From: Trichormus sp. ATA11-4-KO1
GTDB taxonomy: Bacteria > Cyanobacteriota > Cyanobacteriia > Cyanobacteriales > Nostocaceae
Assembly (NCBI GenBank): GCA_019358915.1
Contig: JAHHIM010000073.1
Location: forward strand, 32,001-96,000
DNA length: 64,000 bases
Direction of reading: 5' to 3'
Under the pieces are notes generated by a model, which was not told the DNA's origin, did no database searches, and was given only the letters and a program-made list of their open reading frames with translations. A program made the position numbers and the translations under genes. Shown in pieces: positions 1-8,259 of the stretch; the first letter of the stretch is position 1; the number at the start of each line of letters is the position of its first letter.

Positions 1-37
1 TTTGATTATATTATTCATATAACATTATTTAATTAAC

Positions 38-132
38 GGGACTTACGCAAAATTATGAAAAAATGTATCGCTAAAGCGAAGCGTCTTGAAGAGAATGGAA
101 AGAGGGTTTCAGAGAGTTATTGCATAAGTCCT
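38..132. mobile_element. Small non-autonomous MITE-like element
   Basis: Terminal inverted repeats GGACTTACGCAA (39-50) and TTGCATAAGTCC (120-131), 11/12 match. No ORF. This end type is common in Nostocales intergenic DNA. Confidence 0.6.
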
Positions 133-152
133 AATTAAGTTGAATAATTTAT

Positions 153-437
153 CTAATAAACATCATCATGTGAACCCAAAGTCAATAGAAATATTTCTTC
201 TTCTTCTGAATCAGGATTCTTAACAAACTTAAATAAAATACGATGACTATAGTTAATTGAACAAGACCATACCCCCGATAAATCTCCTTTCAGTTTGTGA
301 CTACGTAAAATAGGCTGCAAGGGGTCTTCGGCTATTTGTTGTAATACTTGCTCAATTGAAGAACGCAATTCGGGATTTTTTTTGACTAAATGTTTAAACG
401 CACGAACGAAGGTTGGACTCCAAACCAAGTTTTTCAT
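153..437 (-). CDS. Type II toxin, RelE/ParE superfamily (YafQ/YoeB-like mRNA interferase)
   Basis: 94 aa. F.RAFK.L, LRSHKLKGDLSG.WSCSINYSHRI and the C-terminal LGSHDDVY are typical of this family. 4-bp overlap with the upstream small ORF. Confidence 0.85.
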   Translation of the reverse strand: MKNLVWSPTFVRAFKHLVKKNPELRSSIEQVLQQIAEDPLQPILRSHKLKGDLSGVWSCSINYSHRILFKFVKNPDSEEEEIFLLTLGSHDDVY

Positions 438-652
438 GCGTCTAAATCTGCCATCAAATCTGCAACTGAGCCACGTCTGATATTACCCTGAGTATAGTCA
501 CTCTCAGCTTGTGTTACTTCTTTTAATAAGGCATCCCGTTGTTGTTGTTTAAGACGATTTTGAATAATATACACAAGCATAGCCTGTTCCTCTAGTTCCA
601 GTGCTTCCACAACCTCTATAACTTTTTGGAAAGTTGATGTTTTTTCTAGCAT
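434..652 (-). CDS. Putative antitoxin
   Basis: 72 aa acidic helical protein ending in GNIRRGSVADLMADL. ATGA overlap with the toxin. Confidence 0.75.
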   Translation of the reverse strand: MLEKTSTFQKVIEVVEALELEEQAMLVYIIQNRLKQQQRDALLKEVTQAESDYTQGNIRRGSVADLMADLDA

Positions 653-789
653 GAGTTTTAAACAATGGGGTGATAATTCTAATTTAGTTGGTAGTACGGG
701 CGATCGCCTATAAATTTTTTCTCTAGTACATTCATATTATTACATATCTAGCGATCACTTCCATAATACCGTGATAAAGTACTCAAGTT

Positions 790-1761
790 TTACAAATTTC
801 TTAATATGGCTAACCTTGCATCTAACCAATCGTCTGTAAACCAGCCATAAGGCAAAATATCCTCACCTGCATTAGCACTGATTCCCATAACCCAAATATG
901 AGCAGCTTGAGTAAATATGGGAATTGATGCTAGTTCAAATTCACTAAGTCGGCGAATAGCTTGATAACCATCAATAAATTTATCTCGAACTTTAAAATCT
1001 ATCTTCATTCTCAGTGATGCGTGCAAAAATTTTGCAATATCAAAAGCACGCCAGCCATAACCACACTGATCAAAGTCAAATAACGTAGGCTGGTTTTGTT
1101 CGGTAAAATGAGCATTTCCTGAGTGGACATCACCTATGCAAATTCCATACTCAGGTGCGGATAAAGGTAAGTTTAAGACTGCAAATTGAGATTTAATTTT
1201 GTCTATAGTGTGCTGGAGATAATTAATATCATCTTGTCGGTGTTTGTATAGAGATATAATTGCTGCTATTGACCAATCAAGTAAATATTCATGATTCAAT
1301 ATAGGACGAGCAAAATTAGTGTGATAATTATCTAAGCTCTGATGCATTTTAGCGAGTGTTTCCCCTAAAATATAACTTTGCTCAGTATCTAATTTTTCAT
1401 TAACTGCTTGCCCCATAGCGTAAGAAAATAAAGCTGCATAGCGCATACCTTCAGGCGTTAGAATTTCTGTAGTAAAACTACCATTTTTGTGATAAATAGG
1501 ATATGCCACTGGCTGCTTTTGCTCATGTAAAAATGCTAGCAATGCCAGTTCAAAATCAATTTCTTGCTTATTTCTCCAGCTACGCCGATAAATTCGCAGA
1601 ATATAATTTTCTGCCTCAGTTTCTACAAGATACGTATCATTCAGCCCTCGCTTGTATAACTTACAGCTATGTGGCTGGGGAATGGGATACTCATGCAGTA
1701 CGGTGGTCATTAAAGCTACACCGTCAGGAATTGAATGAATTACAGGAATTGAGAAGATCAT
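790..1761 (-). CDS. APH / type II homoserine kinase-like phosphotransferase
   Basis: ILRIY, GDVHSGN (Brenner-like) and LFDFD motifs. Confidence 0.8.
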   Translation of the reverse strand: MIFSIPVIHSIPDGVALMTTVLHEYPIPQPHSCKLYKRGLNDTYLVETEAENYILRIYRRSWRNKQEIDFELALLAFLHEQKQPVAYPIYHKNGSFTTEILTPEGMRYAALFSYAMGQAVNEKLDTEQSYILGETLAKMHQSLDNYHTNFARPILNHEYLLDWSIAAIISLYKHRQDDINYLQHTIDKIKSQFAVLNLPLSAPEYGICIGDVHSGNAHFTEQNQPTLFDFDQCGYGWRAFDIAKFLHASLRMKIDFKVRDKFIDGYQAIRRLSEFELASIPIFTQAAHIWVMGISANAGEDILPYGWFTDDWLDARLAILRNL

Positions 1762-1999
1762 AAATCATAAAATTATAGGTGCTGCTAATGGTATTGATAA
1801 CTCAGTCAGCAAGCGATCGCTACTCAAATCAAGAACTCGAAAGTTGTGTTCCAGCTTGCTATCTCCCTAAGTCTGATTTCTGATTTTTTATTTTCTCTTC
1901 TGCTATCTCATTGCCCAAAAAAGCCTCAGCTATGGCAATCTGAGAGACAGAGACTTTCAACCGGATATTTTAAATACAGCAAATTTACCTAATTAGGTT

Positions 2000-3226
2000 A
2001 TGCAAACTCTGCCAACTCTTACAACATCCAACACCACAACAGACCAATCCATCTTTGATACCACAATCAAGCGGCGCAAAACCCGGCCTGTCCAGGTGGG
2101 AAATGTCACCATTGGCGGTGGCTACCCAGTAGTGGTGCAGTCGATGATTAACGAGGACACTCTTGATATCGATGGTTCTGTGGCCGCTATTCGTCGTTTA
2201 CACGAAATTGGCTGTGAGATTGTCCGCGTCACAGTGCCAAGTATGGCTCACGCTAGAGTGATGGCGGAAATTAAACAAAAATTAATAAAAACCTACCAAG
2301 ATGTGCCAATTGTGGCTGATGTACATCACAATGGCATGAAAATTGCTCTGGAAGTCGCTAAGCACATAGAAAAAGTGCGAATTAATCCGGGGTTGTATGT
2401 ATTTGAGAAACCAAACTCTAATAGAAATGAATATACTAAAGCCGAATTTGATGAAATTGGCGACAAAATCCGTGAAACACTAGAACCTTTGGTGGTTTCC
2501 TTGCGAGATCAAGGTAAAGCAATGCGAATTGGGGTAAATCACGGTTCTCTGGCGGAAAGAATGCTATTTACCTACGGCGATACCCCAGAAGGCATGGTGG
2601 AATCTGCCTTAGAGTTTATTCGCATTTGTGAATCTTTAGATTTCCGTAACTTGGTAATTTCCATGAAAGCTTCACGGGTTCCTGTGATGGTAGCCGCCTA
2701 TCGCCTCATGGCCAAACGCTTGGATGAACTGGGTATGGATTATCCGTTGCATTTAGGTGTGACAGAAGCCGGTGATGGCGAATATGGACGGATTAAATCT
2801 ACAGCCGGGATTGCCACATTGCTGGCTGATGGCATTGGTGACACAATTCGCGTATCACTGACAGAACCACCAGAAAAAGAAATTCCCGTCTGCTACAGCA
2901 TTCTCCAAGCTTTAGGATTGCGGAAAACAATGGTGGAGTATGTCGCTTGTCCTTCTTGTGGACGGACTTTGTTTAACTTAGAGGAAGTATTGCACAAAGT
3001 CCGGGAAGCAACTAAACACTTAACTGGACTTGACATAGCTGTTATGGGTTGCATTGTCAATGGCCCTGGAGAAATGGCAGATGCCGACTATGGTTATGTT
3101 GGCAAGACCCCTGGTTATATTTCGTTATATCGTGGTCGAGAAGAAATTAAAAAAGTCCCTGAGTCCCAAGGAGTACAAGAGCTGATTAACCTAATTAAGA
3201 CAGATGGGCGTTGGGTAGAACCGTAA
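2000..3226 (+). CDS. ispG: (E)-4-hydroxy-3-methylbut-2-enyl-diphosphate synthase
   Basis: [33 protein letters not shown] and [10 protein letters not shown] motifs. Confidence 0.98.
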   Translation: MQTLPTLTTSNTTTDQSIFDTTIKRRKTRPVQVGNVTIGGGYPVVVQSMINEDTLDIDGSVAAIRRLHEIGCEIVRVTVPSMAHARVMAEIKQKLIKTYQDVPIVADVHHNGMKIALEVAKHIEKVRINPGLYVFEKPNSNRNEYTKAEFDEIGDKIRETLEPLVVSLRDQGKAMRIGVNHGSLAERMLFTYGDTPEGMVESALEFIRICESLDFRNLVISMKASRVPVMVAAYRLMAKRLDELGMDYPLHLGVTEAGDGEYGRIKSTAGIATLLADGIGDTIRVSLTEPPEKEIPVCYSILQALGLRKTMVEYVACPSCGRTLFNLEEVLHKVREATKHLTGLDIAVMGCIVNGPGEMADADYGYVGKTPGYISLYRGREEIKKVPESQGVQELINLIKTDGRWVEP

Positions 3227-3282
3227 AAGACAAGGAGACAAGGGGACAAGAACAAAAATACTTCCTTATCCCCCTATCTCCC

Positions 3283-3455
3283 CAGGGCTGTTTCATTCGC
3301 TTGTGTTGGAGATTTGTCAAGAGGATAATCTCACGCAAAGGCGCAAAGACGCAAAGAAAAATCAGGTATTTCGGACTGAAGATGCCAAAATTTTTGGTCT
3401 TAATTGTGGATTTGCCCTTGCAATTTTAACCCTTTTAGGGAAAGAATCAGCCCTG
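3283..3455. mobile_element. 173-bp MITE with 10-bp target-site duplication
   Basis: Left TIR CAGGGCTGTTTCATTC; right TIR reverse complement CAGGGCTGATTCTTTC. Exact flanking repeat CCTATCTCCC at 3273-3282 and 3456-3465. Confidence 0.85.
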
Positions 3456-3652
3456 CCTATCTCCCTATCCCCCTATCTCCCCATCTCCCCATCTCCCCAC
3501 TCCCTGAATTTCTTCATCTCCACTTAACAAGATAGCCGGATTGTCAAGTATTTTCATGAAATTAGAAATACATGCCTCGTCTGTACAGTGTTACCCTGTG
3601 TTAGATTGGGCATACTGACTATAAAATTTCTCCCTCTGACACAGCTGTCATT

Positions 3653-4939
3653 ATGGTGATTACAAAAAGTAGACTTGTTTTGGGTGCTACGGCAGTGACG
3701 CTTTCCACGATTGCTGTTACTAGCCTGGGCATTCACTCGCGAGGTCAGGCTTTATTTAAAGCAAGTCCCAAGGAATTAGTAGATGAAGTTTGGCAAATTG
3801 TTCAGCGCCAATACGTAGACGGTACTTTTAATCAAGTAGATTGGCAGGCTGTGCGGAAGGAGTACTTGGGCAAGTCCTACAGTAGTCAGCAAGATGCCTA
3901 TAAGTCCATCCGGGAAATGCTGAAGGTACTCGATGATCCTTACACCCGGTTTATGGACCCAGAGGAATTCAAGAACATGCAAGTAGACACCTCTGGAGAA
4001 CTTACAGGTATTGGCATCACAATCAGTCAAGATGAAGAAACGAAAAAGATTGTTGTGATTGCGCCAATAGAGGATACACCTGCATTTAAGGCGGGAGTTT
4101 TGGCTAAGGATGTAATCATCAAAATCAATGGGAAAAGCACTGAGGGGATGGATACTAACCAGGCAGTATCCATGATTCGAGGTGAACCAGGAACGAAGGT
4201 CAACCTGACAGTGCAACGGGACGGTCAAACAAAACAGTTTGATATCACACGGGCGCGGATTGAAATCCATCCAGTAAAGTATTCTGAAAAACAAACTCCG
4301 GCAGGTAAACTTGGTTACATACGCTTGAACCAGTTCAGCGCCAATGCTGGCGGGGAAATGCAAAGCGCTATTAGAGATTTAGAAAGGCAACGAGTAGCTG
4401 GATATATTCTGGATCTACGTGGTAACCCAGGCGGGTTACTGTTCTCCAGTGTGGAAATTGCTCGGATGTGGCTGGATAGAGGGACAATTGTTTCCACTAT
4501 TGACCGTCAAGGTGAGCAAGAGCGGGAAGTCGCAAGAGGACGTGCTTTGACGAATAAGCCACTGGTGGTGTTGGTAGATAAAGGATCAGCCAGTGCCAGT
4601 GAAATTCTCTCAGGAGCCTTGCAAGATAATAAACGTGCCGTTTTAGTTGGTACTCAAACCTTCGGTAAAGGTTTAGTGCAATCGGTGCGTCCCCTAGAAG
4701 ATGGATCAGGATTAGCGGTAACAATTGCTAAATACCATACACCCAGTGGGAAAGATATCAATAAACACGGGGTTGATCCAGATGTGACGGTGGAATTATC
4801 TGATGCCCAGCGTCAGGAATTGTGGCTCAACGAACGCGATAAACTTGCAACCCTAGCAGACCCTCAATTTGCTAAAGCAGTGGAGGTGATAGGTAAAGAA
4901 ATTGCTGCTAGAGGTATTACAAGCTCTGACAGGAAATAA
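3653..4939 (+). CDS. ctpC: Carboxyl-terminal processing protease (S41, PDZ domain)
   Basis: DPYTRF, DLRGNPGG, GSASASEI and TFGKG motifs. N-terminus resembles cyanobacterial CtpC; paralog assignment is from recall. Confidence 0.85.
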   Translation: MVITKSRLVLGATAVTLSTIAVTSLGIHSRGQALFKASPKELVDEVWQIVQRQYVDGTFNQVDWQAVRKEYLGKSYSSQQDAYKSIREMLKVLDDPYTRFMDPEEFKNMQVDTSGELTGIGITISQDEETKKIVVIAPIEDTPAFKAGVLAKDVIIKINGKSTEGMDTNQAVSMIRGEPGTKVNLTVQRDGQTKQFDITRARIEIHPVKYSEKQTPAGKLGYIRLNQFSANAGGEMQSAIRDLERQRVAGYILDLRGNPGGLLFSSVEIARMWLDRGTIVSTIDRQGEQEREVARGRALTNKPLVVLVDKGSASASEILSGALQDNKRAVLVGTQTFGKGLVQSVRPLEDGSGLAVTIAKYHTPSGKDINKHGVDPDVTVELSDAQRQELWLNERDKLATLADPQFAKAVEVIGKEIAARGITSSDRK

Positions 4940-4958
4940 AAAAATCATCAATTTTTTC

Positions 4959-4996
4959 AGGTGTGTTATGACGTTTTGTCTAACGCACCTTTTTTT
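4959..4996 (+). terminator. Putative intrinsic terminator of ctpC
   Basis: AGGTGTGTTA/TAACGCACCT stem followed by a T-tract. Confidence 0.6.
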
Positions 4997-5104
4997 ATAG
5001 GGAGTGGGGATTGGGGAGATGAAAAAAGCTGAGGTAGCTGGGGGAGTGAAAGTAAAGTTTCTCGCTAATAACTAATGACCAATGACTAATGACTAATGAC
5101 GTAT

Positions 5105-6247
5105 TTACAAAAGCACAGGCAAGGATTTGACTCCATGTATAGCCATTGAGGGAATAAACTCTAGCGCGGCATTTGGGTCAACGCGCAAATTTGGCAGGCG
5201 TTCCAACACTGCACTCAGCATGATTTTTCCTTCTAGCCGAGCTAAGGGTGCGCCCAAGCAAAAGTGAATGCCGTTGCCAAAAGACAAATGCGGATTTGGG
5301 TCACGATCAATGACAAATTCATCTGGGCGATCAAACTGAGTCTCATCTCGATTTGCCGCTCCTATCCAAACCAATAGCATTTGTCCTGCGGGAATCGTCT
5401 GTCCCGCCAGTTGGGTTTCGACTTTGGTAAAGCGTTCCATCCCCTGCACCGTTGAGCGATAGCGCAACACTTCCTCAATCCCCAGTGGCAGTAATTGAGG
5501 CGATCGCTTCAACCTTGCAAATGCCTCTGGATACTCGTTGAAGCAAAGAATAGCGTTACCTAACAGATTAGTTGTAGTTTCATTTCCGGCGACTAACAGC
5601 AAAATACAGAAAGCCACCAGTTCTTGCGCTGTCAATGTTTCACCGGCTTCATGGGCTGCAATCAAATCACTGAGCAAGTCTTTACCAGAATGTTGCCGTC
5701 GTTGTTTCAGTAGATCCCGGAAGTAGTCTGCCATTGCCTGCAATGCAGCCGGATCAGACACAATAATGCCATCTGACCAATGTTTGAAATCAGCACGATC
5801 TGCAACCGGAACACCGAGAATTTCCGCAATCACAATCACAGGTAGCGGAATTGCCAAGTCATGCATGAAGTCGATATTATTTTGTCCTTGAACTTTGTCG
5901 ATCAGTTCATGGGTAATTTGTGTAATGCGTGGTGCCAGTTCTTCTACCCGACGAGCAGTAAACACCTTTGCTACCAGAGAACGCAGCGATTGATGCTTGG
6001 GTGGGTCAGTATAGATGAGACTTTGAGTTAAATCTGTTTCCTCTGATAGATAGGGAATTTGAGACGAAAATGTTTGCCAATCTGCAAAGACTCGTTTCAC
6101 ATCTTCATAGCGAAATACCATCCAACTTTTTTGCTCTGCATCATAAAATACGGGTGACTCACGTCGCATCTGGGCATACCAGGGAAAGGGATTACCGATA
6201 AGCACAGAGTTTTGCTCTTTCATCGCAGACTGATTATCTGGTTGCAT
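5105..6247 (-). CDS. Soluble bacterial cytochrome P450 (CYP109/CYP107-like)
   Basis: DPPKH, I-helix AGNETT, EVLR (ExxR) and heme motif FGNGIHFCLG. Confidence 0.93.
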   Translation of the reverse strand: MQPDNQSAMKEQNSVLIGNPFPWYAQMRRESPVFYDAEQKSWMVFRYEDVKRVFADWQTFSSQIPYLSEETDLTQSLIYTDPPKHQSLRSLVAKVFTARRVEELAPRITQITHELIDKVQGQNNIDFMHDLAIPLPVIVIAEILGVPVADRADFKHWSDGIIVSDPAALQAMADYFRDLLKQRRQHSGKDLLSDLIAAHEAGETLTAQELVAFCILLLVAGNETTTNLLGNAILCFNEYPEAFARLKRSPQLLPLGIEEVLRYRSTVQGMERFTKVETQLAGQTIPAGQMLLVWIGAANRDETQFDRPDEFVIDRDPNPHLSFGNGIHFCLGAPLARLEGKIMLSAVLERLPNLRVDPNAALEFIPSMAIHGVKSLPVLL

Positions 6248-6422
6248 AAAAAATATCCTGATGTCAATTCGTAGTTTTGAAACTTAGATACAGTGAAACT
6301 TTTATGACTGATACTTGTGGTCTAATTGGGCAAATTTGGTGTAAGTTATGAGTAATTTGCAGGACAAACTTGCTGAATGAAACTGAAGATTCATCAGCGT
6401 TCTGCAAATAGGTTGTGATCAA

Positions 6423-6998
6423 CTACTTTGACTTAGTAGCGACTCGCGTCATGGCAAACAACGCTTCTAAAACTTGAGTGCGAAGAGGTTCTTCGGGTGC
6501 GCCAACGTGAAACATTTCCGACAACCACAAACCATCGCTCGCCAAAAGAATTAGGGCTGCTTGAGTTTGATCAAGTCCATCTGTTGCAATGCGTTGTTGC
6601 CACTGCTGCTGATAGGTATGGGCAGATTCAAAGAGATGGGGTGAATTTGCCGCAATTGACGAGAGTTTCGCAATTAGCGCTAGAGATTGTTTGCTAATTT
6701 GCAATGATGCCCGAATGTATGCTCTCACCCACTGTCCTGGAGTCTCTGGTGCATCGTCTTGGTCATATTCGGCTTGCAGTGCCGTTTCAAAATCTTGGAT
6801 CAGTTGCTCAACCATCCCCTGCATTAATGCATCTTTGCTAGGGAAATGGTAAAGCAGCCCTCCTTTGCTGAATCCAGCTTTTTGAGCCACTGCATCTAAG
6901 GTTAACGCCTCAACACCTTCGTCAATTACAACTTGGCTGGCAGACCGCAGAAGCAATTCACGTGTAGTCGAGCGTTTTGACTTATTGTTAGCAGCCAT
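6423..6998 (-). CDS. TetR/AcrR family regulator
   Basis: HTH LTLDAVAQKAGFSKGGLLYHFPSKDAL; C-terminal ASDGLW. Start placed at ATG 6998. Confidence 0.92.
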   Translation of the reverse strand: MAANNKSKRSTTRELLLRSASQVVIDEGVEALTLDAVAQKAGFSKGGLLYHFPSKDALMQGMVEQLIQDFETALQAEYDQDDAPETPGQWVRAYIRASLQISKQSLALIAKLSSIAANSPHLFESAHTYQQQWQQRIATDGLDQTQAALILLASDGLWLSEMFHVGAPEEPLRTQVLEALFAMTRVATKSK

Positions 6999-7100
6999 AG
7001 GAATAACCAAGAAAGTAGTAGAGAATGCGGGTGCATGACATTACATTTGATAATCAAGGTATAGATTGCCAGCAAGGAGTATGCAAGTTCTCATAAATTA

Positions 7101-7128
7101 ACTATACCGTCTGGACGGTTTTTGTCAA
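7101..7128 (-). promoter_or_regulatory. Sigma70 promoter with TetR operator
   Basis: Minus strand TTGACA (7128-7123), 16-bp spacer, TATAGT (7106-7101). Palindrome ACCGTC-TG-GACGGT (7106-7119) covers the spacer. Confidence 0.7.
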
Positions 7129-7251
7129 GCATGGTTTACCTTGTTTTTCTGGATCTGTTTTCAGGTGATCAATGCGATCGCTTAAACATTTCTCTTGCTG
7201 GGGGTATTGCGGTAAAGTTGCAAATAATCGTGCATTGAGGAGGAAAGATTC

Positions 7252-8259
7252 GTGAAAGCAGTCTTAATGACAGCAGCAGGTAGTCCTGAGGTTCTGCAAT
7301 TTCAGGACATCCCAAACCCGACTGTACCTTTGGGCAATATTGAACTTTTAGTCCACTTGGTGGCGGCTGGTGTGAATCCCATTGACACTAAACTGCGTCA
7401 GCGAGGCACTTTCTACCCAGATCAAATGCCAGCAATTTTAGGCTGTGATGGTGCGGGGGTGATTGAGGCTGTGGGTGCTGGTGTGGAACGGTTTCGCCCA
7501 GGAGATGAGGTATTTTTTTGCTATGGCGGTTTGGGGGCACACCAAGGTAATTATGCGGAATATACTGTGGTGGATGAGCGATTTGTGGCACGTAAACCCG
7601 CTTCGGTCTCTTTTGCAGAAGCAGCCGCCGCACCTTTGGTGTTAATCACTGCGTGGGAAGCTTTGTATGAACGAGGAAGGTTAGAACCTGGAGAACGAGT
7701 TTTAATTCATGCGGGTGCTGGTGGTGTGGGTCATGTAGCGATACAATTGGCGAAACTGAAGGGTGCTGCTGTCTGTACTACGGTGAGTTCTCAGGAAAAG
7801 GCAAATTTTGTTAAGCAACTGGGTGCTGATGAAGTTATTTTTTATCAGCAAACAGATTTTGTCGAAGCAGCTTTAGCTTGGACTGGTGGTGAAGGTGTAG
7901 ACTTAGCTTTTGATACTGTTGGTGGCGAAACCTTTGAAAAAACTTTTCCGGCTGTGCGGATATATGGTGATATTGTGACGATTTTGGAACCCAAGGCTAA
8001 TACTGTTTGGAAAACTGCTAGATTACGTAATCTCCGCATTGGTTTGGAGTTAATGCTGACACCAATGTTGCAAGGATTGGAGGAGAGTCTGAAGCATCAT
8101 GCAGAGATTCTTCAGCAGTGCGCTGTTTGGATGAATGAAGGTAAGTTAAAAATTCATGTTAGTCATAAGTTTCCTTTGAAAGAAGCGGATAAAGCGCATC
8201 AACTTCTGGAAACTGGTTCTATCACGGGTAAAGTTGTTCTGCTGATGAGGGATGAGTGA
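7252..8259 (+). CDS. MDR-family NADPH:quinone oxidoreductase (zinc-type ADH-like fold)
   Basis: GVNPIDTK, ILGCDGAG, HAGAGGVG and GKVVL motifs. GTG start with GAGGAGG RBS. Confidence 0.9.
   Translation: MKAVLMTAAGSPEVLQFQDIPNPTVPLGNIELLVHLVAAGVNPIDTKLRQRGTFYPDQMPAILGCDGAGVIEAVGAGVERFRPGDEVFFCYGGLGAHQGNYAEYTVVDERFVARKPASVSFAEAAAAPLVLITAWEALYERGRLEPGERVLIHAGAGGVGHVAIQLAKLKGAAVCTTVSSQEKANFVKQLGADEVIFYQQTDFVEAALAWTGGEGVDLAFDTVGGETFEKTFPAVRIYGDIVTILEPKANTVWKTARLRNLRIGLELMLTPMLQGLEESLKHHAEILQQCAVWMNEGKLKIHVSHKFPLKEADKAHQLLETGSITGKVVLLMRDE

Noticed and set aside
3211..3527. Two short ORFs between ispG and ctpC
   Set aside because: They are read-throughs of the MITE and short-repeat array.
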